From: a virus
Taxonomy: Duplodnaviria > Caudoviricetes
Virus record (IMG/VR): IMGVR_UViG_3300031974_003128
Coordinates: 1 to 61,936 of that record
Strand: one strand, 5' to 3'
DNA: 61,936 nucleotides
The number at the start of each line of letters is the position of its first letter. Position 1 is the stretch's first letter. The position numbers were made by a program, and so were the translations under genes. Below, piece after piece: positions 39,277 to 47,116 of this stretch. The notes below the pieces were generated by a model that was not told where the DNA came from, did no database searches, and saw only the letters and a program-made list of their open reading frames with translations.

Positions 39277-39796
39277 TGGCTTGTGATTTAAGTTTGTCTA
39301 TTTGCTCTTCTGTTACCTTGTACTGAAGTTTTAACTCATTGACAATATCATCCCATGTCTCGCCATTATCTAGCTTTCTTTTGATATTTAAAATGACTGT
39401 CGGAGCATCTTTTACCCCTAGTACTTTTAATGATCTAGGTTTTGTTGGTTTGTCTTGATTAAGTATTGCATTAGCAACCTCTTCGTATGAAGCTACTTGC
39501 GAATCAATACCTATTCCAAAGTTACCTAATGCTCTACCCCATGCAGAAGTTTCGCAGTTTTCTACATAGCTTGTCTTATTAATATAAGTTGAACCCTCTT
39601 TTTCTTCAGCAACCCCAGTTGCTATTGGTCTATCTTCTTCATTGTAGATAGTAGCTTTGATAAGTATAGATGTAGGTGTCTTCTCTATCACCTCACTTAT
39701 CAAGCTATAATTAGGATAGTTTGATCTGAAATACTTAAGTCTTTCATTGACCTCAACATATTCCTTTCCTTTTATATTAGTTGTTTTTAGTGTCAT
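39269..39796 (-). CDS. Rad52/Sak-like ssDNA annealing protein
   Basis: YVEVNER, ATG.AEE, ENCETSAWGRAL; adjacent to exonuclease and SSB. Confidence 0.7.
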   Translation of the reverse strand: MTLKTTNIKGKEYVEVNERLKYFRSNYPNYSLISEVIEKTPTSILIKATIYNEEDRPIATGVAEEKEGSTYINKTSYVENCETSAWGRALGNFGIGIDSQVASYEEVANAILNQDKPTKPRSLKVLGVKDAPTVILNIKRKLDNGETWDDIVNELKLQYKVTEEQIDKLKSQANA

Positions 39797-40190
39797 GTTG
39801 TAGTTTTTGTGTTATTAAATAGTATTTTTTAAGGATTTGTTCTCTTGAATCCTTAAAATAGTTTAATCTCTTTTTACTTTTACCTCCATTGAGTTCTTTT
39901 TTTATACTCTCTTTTATTCTTTCAAGCTTGTCTTTGTATTTATCTAGTGTTAATGTTAATACTCCTTTATACCAACCAAGATCATCTACTACTGCTTTAT
40001 TTTTGTCTTTCATCTCAACATAATAATCTGATTTTGAGTGGTCGTATATAACTACTTCATTGGTCTCTAAATCTCTTGTTATCTTTACTCCTAATTTCAT
40101 TCTTGCTTCGTACCCATTATCCGATAAATCTGCTGAGCCATAATCATTTATAGCTTCTTGAAATATTTCTTGCAATCTTTTAGAGTTCAA
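39777..40190 (-). CDS. hypothetical protein
   Basis: 137-aa tiled ORF, TTG start. Confidence 0.6.
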   Translation of the reverse strand: MNSKRLQEIFQEAINDYGSADLSDNGYEARMKLGVKITRDLETNEVVIYDHSKSDYYVEMKDKNKAVVDDLGWYKGVLTLTLDKYKDKLERIKESIKKELNGGKSKKRLNYFKDSREQILKKYYLITQKLQHDTKNN

Positions 40191-40479
40191 TGTTTTCTAG
40201 TTTTCTAACAATATACTTATAATCGGGGTCATTATCAACAATTTCTTTTGCTTTTTCTACTCCCCTTGTCATAGTAGATAAAGCCACATCAAAGCCTTGT
40301 GCTTTCATATATGATTGTATCTCAGCTATTTGCATACCTCTCTGCTGACATAAATAATATAAAATATATCGAGCTTCAGTAATCCTTCTCTCTTTAGTGT
40401 CATCAAGAAGTTCTTCCAATGATATACCTAAATGATTCAAAATATTATCTAGGTATTGTTTAAAAATATACTCTTTCAT
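40180..40479 (-). CDS. second DnaA domain IV-like HTH protein
   Basis: ISLEELL..TKERRITEARYILYYLC...IAEI...STMTRG; degenerate signature. Confidence 0.6.
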   Translation of the reverse strand: MKEYIFKQYLDNILNHLGISLEELLDDTKERRITEARYILYYLCQQRGMQIAEIQSYMKAQGFDVALSTMTRGVEKAKEIVDNDPDYKYIVRKLENIEL

Positions 40480-40646
40480 TTTATGTTCTTTATTGAATTA
40501 ATAATCTTATTAATAAAAATAAACTGCTCTCCCTCTGATAATCCAGATCTCATCTCTTGATAAGTTGATAAAGCATTATGTATTTCTACTATCTTGTCTC
40601 TCAGAGCATTGTTACTCTGGACAAGAAACGAATGTTGATCTTCCAT
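40476..40646 (-). CDS. hypothetical protein (56 aa, not in ORF track)
   Basis: MEDQHSFLVQSNNALRDK...; ATGA overlap with next gene. Confidence 0.55.
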   Translation of the reverse strand: MEDQHSFLVQSNNALRDKIVEIHNALSTYQEMRSGLSEGEQFIFINKIINSIKNIK

Positions 40647-40647
40647 T

Positions 40648-40845
40648 TTAAAAATTTAATAGTTGTAATCTTTTACTATACTTTTTTTGAAGTTTTGTTT
40701 TGAATATAATCTTTTTGATAATTGTCTTATCATTTACAGATTTTAAACTTCTTCTCAGCTTTTCGCACTCAAAGTCAAGTGCTAAGATATAATTAGATAT
40801 ATATCTTTTATGTTGTTTTTTCCTTACGATCTTCCTTATTTTCAT
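40648..40845 (-). CDS. basic hypothetical protein
   Basis: 65-aa tiled ORF. Confidence 0.55.
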   Translation of the reverse strand: MKIRKIVRKKQHKRYISNYILALDFECEKLRRSLKSVNDKTIIKKIIFKTKLQKKYSKRLQLLNF

Positions 40846-41011
40846 TTTTGATAAAGTGTTTGTTGGTTATATTATAAGTTACATCATAGTAGAATATCCC
40901 ACTCTGACCACAATCTTGACAAGCATATCCAAGCGAAGCATACTCTCCGGCATAATCGAAGTTGCCGAAGATTAAGTTATCGCTTTCACATTTATTGCAA
41001 AATTGTTCCAT
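40808..41011 (-). CDS. zinc-ribbon protein
   Basis: CNKC and CQDC; TAAATTTG element at 41020-41027 (-). Confidence 0.6.
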   Translation of the reverse strand: MEQFCNKCESDNLIFGNFDYAGEYASLGYACQDCGQSGIFYYDVTYNITNKHFIKNENKEDRKEKTT

Positions 41012-41029
41012 AATTAGTGCAAATTTAGT

Positions 41030-41644
41030 TTAATTTGAAATACTATCCAAATATTTTTTAGCTTCATCTAAATTTTTTCCTAAATATTCATGTAAACTCC
41101 AATGATAGTAGTATCCACTCCTAAAATTACCATAAGGAGATTCATAATCATCAGCTAAAAACTGAATTTCTTCATCATCAGTTTCTTCCCAGTTAGGTAT
41201 ATCATATTCTTTATGATATACTCTTTTTCCATTTTCATATTCATAAACTGCACCATACCCTTGTTCTTCTTCCCACGAATAATGAAAAGTCGGTATGTAT
41301 TTAGCTAACATTTCGATAATCTCATCAAGAAGTGGACTCCATGCAGTAGTGTACCTATATGTATTGTCGGTTTTACTAAACTCATTATCATAAGTTCCCC
41401 ATTTTGTACCCCAATTTATATAAGCCCATTCGTACCAATTCTCTGCACCATATATGGCCCTAAGATTCAGTTGAATAATATATTGGTTTTCATCTTCCTC
41501 CTTTTTAGGTGTAGGCGAAGTTGTACCCTCAAATATTTTTGGTCGAGGTCTAAAAAATTCTGCTAATCCTACTTTAGATATAGCTTCAAGTTTATCGGCA
41601 TACTCTTGTTCAACCGATATGTTATTAAATACATGATTTGGCAT
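41030..41644 (-). CDS. YubB/DUF1281-like ferredoxin-fold protein
   Basis: MPNHV.N, NWYEW...NWGTKW, TAWSP. Confidence 0.75.
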   Translation of the reverse strand: MPNHVFNNISVEQEYADKLEAISKVGLAEFFRPRPKIFEGTTSPTPKKEEDENQYIIQLNLRAIYGAENWYEWAYINWGTKWGTYDNEFSKTDNTYRYTTAWSPLLDEIIEMLAKYIPTFHYSWEEEQGYGAVYEYENGKRVYHKEYDIPNWEETDDEEIQFLADDYESPYGNFRSGYYYHWSLHEYLGKNLDEAKKYLDSISN

Positions 41645-41988
41645 TATATTATTGATTTTATGTACATATATAAATGTGAAGCTGAATACTTCTTTAAGTA
41701 TTTTTTAAGTGCTAATTCAGTAGCATAGGCATAATTACTCAACCCCTCTTTTTCATTTGTTAAAAATGACAAATGATTTTTAATTCTCATTTTTAAAGAA
41801 TTTTCATCTACTCCTATTTCCTGAGATACTCTTACCAAGAAATCTCTTTTAGTTTCCATAAAGTCTAAGTCGTACTTTTCTGTTTTATGTTTAAGTATAG
41901 AGCAACGATTAATAATTTCATAAAGAATATACATATCATCTGCTATTGTCCAGTGTTTAAAATTTTTTCTATCTATTTTATTTTCCAT
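41644..41988 (-). CDS. hypothetical early protein
   Basis: 114-aa ORF with TAATG coupling. Confidence 0.65.
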   Translation of the reverse strand: MENKIDRKNFKHWTIADDMYILYEIINRCSILKHKTEKYDLDFMETKRDFLVRVSQEIGVDENSLKMRIKNHLSFLTNEKEGLSNYAYATELALKKYLKKYSASHLYMYIKSII

Positions 41989-42142
41989 TTTTATTTAGTT
42001 TTAGTTATTGTGCATTCTATTTTTATATTATCATAATGATAATTTAAAGGATTCTCTCCCCTTTCTTTTAGTTCAGCACGAAATTCATCAAGTAAATTAT
42101 AATAAGTTTCGTACCTAATTTTATTTGTATTAAGTTTTATTT

Positions 42143-42436
42143 TTACCATTGTACTTTTGATTCATCAATATGAAATTCCTCTCTGAAGTATTGTCTTACT
42201 ATTTCGTATAGTTCATCAAATAAAGGTGGTTGTATATCGTTTCTACTATTTAATTCATAGATACCAATATCACAAATACCTCTACCCTCTACTTCATAGG
42301 TGCAGTATGCCCCATAGTTCTTGCCTTTGTAATCAAAGTGCATTTCAAGTTCAAATGATTTTACCAAAGCTAATTCGCTATTTACATTTATCATTTGATC
42401 TTCCCTTTGTTTTAGTTCGTAGTCATGTCGTTCCAT
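42143..42436 (-). CDS. hypothetical early protein
   Basis: 97-aa tiled ORF. Confidence 0.65.
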   Translation of the reverse strand: MERHDYELKQREDQMINVNSELALVKSFELEMHFDYKGKNYGAYCTYEVEGRGICDIGIYELNSRNDIQPPLFDELYEIVRQYFREEFHIDESKVQW

Positions 42437-42440
42437 AGTT

Positions 42441-42686
42441 TTATTGTTCTAAATAAGATTTAGGTATTGGATAACCTAGTTCATCTAATCTTGTTTCAGG
42501 GTGTTGCCAATCAATATCTTCAAATATTTTCCTAGCAAGCGTTTCATTACCCTTACACATACTTAAAAAATCTTGATAAGTATATTCTTGATCTGATAAT
42601 TCGGGTATATAACATACCCCCTTTTTATTGTTAAAAGCATTTATATCTTTATAACAATATCCATTATATGTTTCTTGTCTTTCCAT
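42441..42686 (-). CDS. hypothetical early protein
   Basis: VCYIPE...DWQHPET 81-aa ORF. Confidence 0.7.
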   Translation of the reverse strand: MERQETYNGYCYKDINAFNNKKGVCYIPELSDQEYTYQDFLSMCKGNETLARKIFEDIDWQHPETRLDELGYPIPKSYLEQ

Positions 42687-42690
42687 AGTT

Positions 42691-42960
42691 TTAGTTGTTT
42701 ATTGGTGTTGTTTTTTTTGTTACAATTTTATTTAAAGATTCTCCAATTCTCTTTAAACTTTTATTATCGAACCAATTTATCCAATCATAAGCAGATAGCT
42801 GAATAATAATTTCTTTATTATCCCAATCTAACATTTGAATAGTTAAATAATCTGATTCTTTTGTTGGGTATGATAGCCCAATTATTTCTTTGATTTCGCT
42901 TTGAATTACCTTAGCTTTTCTAAGGCATTTCGTTGTTTGTTCGTTGTCGGTTAGTGTCAT
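42691..42960 (-). CDS. hypothetical early protein
   Basis: 89-aa tiled ORF. Confidence 0.6.
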   Translation of the reverse strand: MTLTDNEQTTKCLRKAKVIQSEIKEIIGLSYPTKESDYLTIQMLDWDNKEIIIQLSAYDWINWFDNKSLKRIGESLNKIVTKKTTPINN

Positions 42961-43081
42961 AAGTTGTTTTTAAATTGTTGGTTTAGTTTTAAATATTCTT
43001 GCCATACCTCATCAAAAGTTCCTTTGAAGTGGTATACCTTTTGCCCTTTGTTTGTTCTATCTCTATTTTGTTTTTTGTTCT

Positions 43082-43339
43082 TCATAGTAGTTGTATTAAA
43101 ATGTTTGTTATTTTTATTTGAGTGTCTAAGCAATTTTCTTTTGCATATTCTAAACATACCCACCTATCATCATTAACATCAACAAGTATTGGGTTGTCCC
43201 ATAGATCAGTTTGTTCTATTATATGGTTTCCAAAAAATTTATCATATCCCAATTTATCTTCTTTCATATAAGAAGTTTTAAATATTATTGGTTTATCAAT
43301 AAACTTTTTTAATTCTTTTATTTTTTCTTTAGTTGTCAT
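43082..43339 (-). CDS. hypothetical early protein
   Basis: 85-aa tiled ORF. Confidence 0.6.
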   Translation of the reverse strand: MTTKEKIKELKKFIDKPIIFKTSYMKEDKLGYDKFFGNHIIEQTDLWDNPILVDVNDDRWVCLEYAKENCLDTQIKITNILIQLL

Positions 43340-43836
43340 AATCTAAATATTTCTCCATTCCAAGTAAAGTTATAGTCATTAGCTTCAATAGTTTCTATTA
43401 TAGCTTCATCACTAGTTTGATAATCATATTCATCTCTTAGATAAGATAATATGTCGATCTCAAATTCTCTTTGATATATTTCATCAAGTATTTCAAGATT
43501 TCTTTCAATATCTTCATCCTCTTTATAATTAGCTTGTATCTTATTAAATTCATCTATATAATTTTTTGCAGTTTGTTTGATAGGCACTCTATCTCCAAAT
43601 TCATCAATGATATTTTTACTGGTATGTTCAAAATCATCAATATGTATTTCGGCAAAGCTTCCTCTATCAAGATCAAAGCTTCTGATCTCTAATCCTAATC
43701 TTATAAAATCTTCTTTTATAAAGTCATACCAAAATGTATCTTCTACATTTATGTATCTATTATTATCTATTACTTTTTCTTTTGTTTGTTTATCTAGTTC
43801 CTCGAACTTATAAACATTAATTTCTATTGTTTTCAT
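43336..43836 (-). CDS. hypothetical acidic early protein
   Basis: VYKFEEL...EYDYQTSDEAI.ETIEANDY.F, a pattern seen in phage/ICE leading-region proteins. Confidence 0.7.
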   Translation of the reverse strand: MKTIEINVYKFEELDKQTKEKVIDNNRYINVEDTFWYDFIKEDFIRLGLEIRSFDLDRGSFAEIHIDDFEHTSKNIIDEFGDRVPIKQTAKNYIDEFNKIQANYKEDEDIERNLEILDEIYQREFEIDILSYLRDEYDYQTSDEAIIETIEANDYNFTWNGEIFRL

Positions 43837-44136
43837 ATTAGTTGTTTGTTTACTTTTTTAGCTAGAAAAGAGATCATCTTATCTTTCTTTTCTATATCCT
43901 TGTTAAGAGTATTTATTTGTCTTCTTAACATATAAATCTCGTGTTGGTTTATTTGATTAAGTTCTTTTAGCTGGTGTGTTGTCATAATTAATAAGTGTTT
44001 AAAATAAATTCAGTTAATTGATCTTCGGTTAAAGTGTTTAGATCAATATTATTACTTTGTAAATCTTCCTTAACTAAATAAGGGTTTATTTCATACTCTT
44101 GGCATATCCAGTTGAAGTTTAAATTTTTATTCATAA

Positions 44137-44400
44137 TTAATAAATTAAAGTTTCGTATTTTTTCGGTAGCTTATTATACATTCTAATCTTATGGGTACAT
44201 GACCAATGAGTCTCAAATATTTCCTCAATGATAATCGATTTTTTACCCTTTGCACCATATAAAATAAGTTTACCTAATCCTAAACTTCCCTCTTGTATTT
44301 GGTGCAAATGTCCATGATATTTATTGATATAAATGTCAATTACTTCTTCGCAAGTTTTTAATCTATATGTTTTCGGTTTGTAACTAAATAATCTTTTCAT
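44137..44400 (-). CDS. hypothetical early protein
   Basis: ATG 44400 follows an A-rich leader; the upstream in-frame extension is a hairpin. Confidence 0.6.
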   Translation of the reverse strand: MKRLFSYKPKTYRLKTCEEVIDIYINKYHGHLHQIQEGSLGLGKLILYGAKGKKSIIIEEIFETHWSCTHKIRMYNKLPKKYETLIY

Positions 44401-44466
44401 AATGTTATTTTTAAGTTGGTTAAAAAGGGGGAAAACTAGTCCATTTCCCCCCATACATAAACTAAA

Positions 44467-44748
44467 TTAATTAAGGTTTGATAATTTATAAATCCCCTCT
44501 TTAATGTCTTCCTCTAGTTCTTTTTTACTTTTACTAGTTCCTAAAAATACTTTTAGATATCTTAAGGTTGTCGCTGAATAGTCCCACGAGTTTTTGTCTA
44601 GTGTTATTTTGTTCGTGTTTTTATCTTCTTTGGCTATAATTGTTTCATAAGATTTGAAAATATTATATTTATCGGTACTTATCAAAAATTGATTTGCTAC
44701 AGGGTTGCCACTTCGTGGGCTTTGTAAATTTGTAATTTGTGTTGTCAT
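44467..44748 (-). CDS. hypothetical early protein
   Basis: VANQF...FKSYETIIA...WDYSATTLRY. Confidence 0.7.
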   Translation of the reverse strand: MTTQITNLQSPRSGNPVANQFLISTDKYNIFKSYETIIAKEDKNTNKITLDKNSWDYSATTLRYLKVFLGTSKSKKELEEDIKEGIYKLSNLN

Positions 44749-45080
44749 AGTGTTTTAATTTGGTTATTATAAAGGGTTTCAATTTCCTTTAATTCTCTTT
44801 TTTTACATTTATCAATTATCGAAGATCTATAAATAATATTGTTTTCTCTACAATGTTGTTTAAGGCTTTCGAACCATTTAAGGCTTATTAAATTGAATTC
44901 AGTTAATATGGCTTTTGCTTCTTGCTCGTAGCTAGAGCCATAACCATACTGAAAAGGCATTAAAAAAGTTTTTTCATTTTTCATGCCATAATTTAAGGTA
45001 ATAGTTCCGGCAAAATAAGAGTTACCGTTTATTTTATCAAACCATTCTTTAGCGTTTATGTCTATTGTTTTTATTTTCAT
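44745..45080 (-). CDS. hypothetical early protein
   Basis: WFDKINGNSYF, PFQYGYG; ATG 45080 after A-rich leader. Confidence 0.7.
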   Translation of the reverse strand: MKIKTIDINAKEWFDKINGNSYFAGTITLNYGMKNEKTFLMPFQYGYGSSYEQEAKAILTEFNLISLKWFESLKQHCRENNIIYRSSIIDKCKKRELKEIETLYNNQIKTL

Positions 45081-45133
45081 ATTAATTAAGTTTAAGTTTA
45101 TATAAGGGGGGAAAATTAATCCCCCCATTGTTT

Positions 45134-45301
45134 TTATACTTCTTCAAGTATTCCCTTTTTAAATTGAATTATAGCACCTAGTAAATAAAAGGCTAGGCTT
45201 GTCGCTTCGTTTAATTCTTGTTGATCGCACTCCGATACACTTTTATTATAAAGTTCTTGAGTTGCGAAGTTCATAAATCTTTTAATTTGTTTATCGTTCA
45301 T
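45134..45301 (-). CDS. hypothetical early protein (55 aa, not in track)
   Basis: MNDKQIKRFMNFATQEL...; tiled. Confidence 0.5.
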   Translation of the reverse strand: MNDKQIKRFMNFATQELYNKSVSECDQQELNEATSLAFYLLGAIIQFKKGILEEV

Positions 45302-45302
45302 A

Positions 45303-45482
45303 TTAATTTAGTTTTATGTTAAGTTTTTTCAGTTCTGGAGTGTTCTCCAGTTGGTTCAAAGAGTGTGCGACTACTTTAACCAATAATTTTAAAGTTTGAG
45401 GGTCTAACCCTCTAAACTGTTTTAAATCTTCTAAGGCGTTAAGCGTTAAAGATTCAGCGTTATTAAATAGTTTTACTTTCAT
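45303..45482 (-). CDS. hypothetical early protein (59 aa, not in track)
   Basis: MKVKLFNNAESLTL...; tiled. Confidence 0.5.
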   Translation of the reverse strand: MKVKLFNNAESLTLNALEDLKQFRGLDPQTLKLLVKVVAHSLNQLENTPELKKLNIKLN

Positions 45483-45492
45483 ATTAATTAAT

Positions 45493-45711
45493 TTAGTTTA
45501 AATTTAAAATTGATCTTTTAGAAATGATCTTAAAATTGTTTTTCATCTCTTTTTGCTCTTCTCTGGAAAGTTCATCTCCGATTAAGTCGTTAATAAAAAA
45601 CTTACAGTCGTCTTTGTCATCATACGCTTGTATAATTGTGTTTTCCTCAATGTCTAGAATATAAAATTTATAGTCGGTTTCATTGTAGTAAAATTCATTT
45701 TGTTTGTTCAT
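45493..45711 (-). CDS. first gene of early arm, hypothetical
   Basis: 72-aa ORF next to the divergent non-coding region. Confidence 0.6.
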   Translation of the reverse strand: MNKQNEFYYNETDYKFYILDIEENTIIQAYDDKDDCKFFINDLIGDELSREEQKEMKNNFKIISKRSILNLN

Positions 45712-45874
45712 ATTATTTTTAATTTAGTTATATATTACTTGCAATTTAGTCATTTTAAATTAAATAATATCATTTTTTTAGTATTATTTTGCTAAATAGC
45801 TGAAATTTAGAATGATTCTAAATAATTTTAGTGTTTTATGTTTGGTTTCTTTTGGGTTTTGGCTGGTATAAATG

Positions 45875-46060
45875 AAGGGGTCTTTCCCCCTTATCCCCAA
45901 AAAAATTTAAGGGAAGGGACAAAGCGTGGACCAAGGGGTCGATGGGTTCGGGGTCGAGGGTCTAGGAAAAAACGGCAAAAAATCGGGCAAAGGGGTTTGG
46001 ATTTGACCCCCCTACTAGCTTAAAAAAAATGATTTCCGGTTTGGCAGGGTCGGGGCAAAA
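45875..46060. other. GC-rich non-coding island at the strand switch (candidate genome end / packaging site)
   Basis: G-runs and hairpins in an otherwise AT-rich genome, between divergent arms. Confidence 0.45.
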
Positions 46061-46114
46061 TGTATATATTATCCAAACACTCTAAGTGTGTAATAAAATT
46101 TATTACCTTTGTAT

Positions 46115-46255
46115 ATGAATTGGGAACTAGAGATTCACAATAGAATCAATTTAGGATTCGCTTTAGGTTGGAGCTACTACAGTAAAGACGAAGAGCATGA
46201 CTGGGTTGAATTAAATTTGTATCTTGGTTTAATCGGTTTAACAATAAAATATTAG
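46115..46255 (+). CDS. hypothetical protein (46 aa, not in track)
   Basis: MNWELEIHNRINLGFALGWSYY...; TACCTTTG element at 46104-46111. Confidence 0.6.
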   Translation: MNWELEIHNRINLGFALGWSYYSKDEEHDWVELNLYLGLIGLTIKY

Positions 46256-46257
46256 TC

Positions 46258-46440
46258 ATGAAAAATTTTGTAGACGGGCTATATGTGAAAGACGGAAGGT
46301 TGATTAACGATCGACCTGATGGTATGACAGGAATTGCTAAAGCAGCAATGATGAAGAAGGCTTTAAAAAAACAAGAGAAAGCACAGATGATCGAAGATGG
46401 TATTCTTCGTGCTAAGATGATGGAAAAGTATATGGATTAG
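46258..46440 (+). CDS. hypothetical protein
   Basis: 60-aa ORF followed by terminator. Confidence 0.65.
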   Translation: MKNFVDGLYVKDGRLINDRPDGMTGIAKAAMMKKALKKQEKAQMIEDGILRAKMMEKYMD

Positions 46441-46470
46441 GTTTCATAATTAGTTGGTAATAGTGTTGGT

Positions 46471-46506
46471 AAAGCTATCCTATCTAGGGGTAGCTTTTCT
46501 TTTTTT
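46471..46506 (+). terminator. intrinsic terminator
   Basis: aaagctatcc-tatctag-gggtagcttt followed by T run. Confidence 0.75.
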
Positions 46507-46514
46507 ATAAATAT

Positions 46515-46738
46515 CCTGACGAAAATGACAAAAAAATGACGAACCTGACGAAAAACTGACGAAAATAAAAAATTTCGTCAGCCACTTAACTTATTGATTT
46601 CTAATATATTATATTCTTTTTTTTATTATTTCTGACGAAATGATGAAAATAAAAGAGAAATAGAGAAGAAAAAAAAAGAAAAAAAATATTTTTTTTTATT
46701 GAAGAGAAAAAAACAAAAAATTTCGTCAGTTCGTCAGG
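46515..46738. repeat. iteron-like TGACGAA array, candidate replication origin
   Basis: Direct copies at 46517, 46537, 46546, 46557, 46633; variants at 46526, 46641; inverted copies at 46574, 46722, 46730; A/T tracts between. Confidence 0.7.
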
Positions 46739-46967
46739 ATTATATTTAGGTAAATTTATCTTAATTGTTGATTATCAGTGGTTTATATAAAATGGGACAT
46801 TTTTGTCCCCTAATGAGACAATTTTATTTTGTATGAAAACATTGGAATTCTTGGAACACATTGGAAAATTCCAATCTTTTTTTGGTCAGATTAAAAATTA
46901 ATTATATATTTACATAGCACACGAGCCATTAGATAAGTAGCTTCAAAGCTTTTCTTTTGGAAAAAAG

Positions 46968-46994
46968 AACCAACTGTAATAGGTTGGTTTTTTT
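46968..46994 (+). terminator. intrinsic terminator
   Basis: aaccaac-tgtaatag-gttggtt followed by T run. Confidence 0.75.
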
Positions 46995-47025
46995 GTTTTA
47001 TATAAAATAATATTATATTAGCATT

Positions 47026-47112
47026 ATGAAATTAAAAGACAGACCTAAATGCGGTTGTGGTAACACAAATGATCCTGAGGGATACTGCGATGGGTCTCAT
47101 AATAAAATTTAA
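47026..47112 (+). CDS. minimal CDGSH iron-sulfur peptide (28 aa, not in track)
   Basis: MKLKDRPKCGCGNTNDPEGYCDGSHNKI contains CxC..T...CDGSH. Confidence 0.75.
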   Translation: MKLKDRPKCGCGNTNDPEGYCDGSHNKI

Positions 47113-47116
47113 TTAA

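Noticed and set aside
45838-46023. 61-aa Gly/Arg-rich ORF
   Set aside because: Explained by the G-rich non-coding island; no supporting context
46515-46738. CRISPR mini-array
   Set aside because: Repeats are only 7-10 bp, in both orientations, without regular unique spacers
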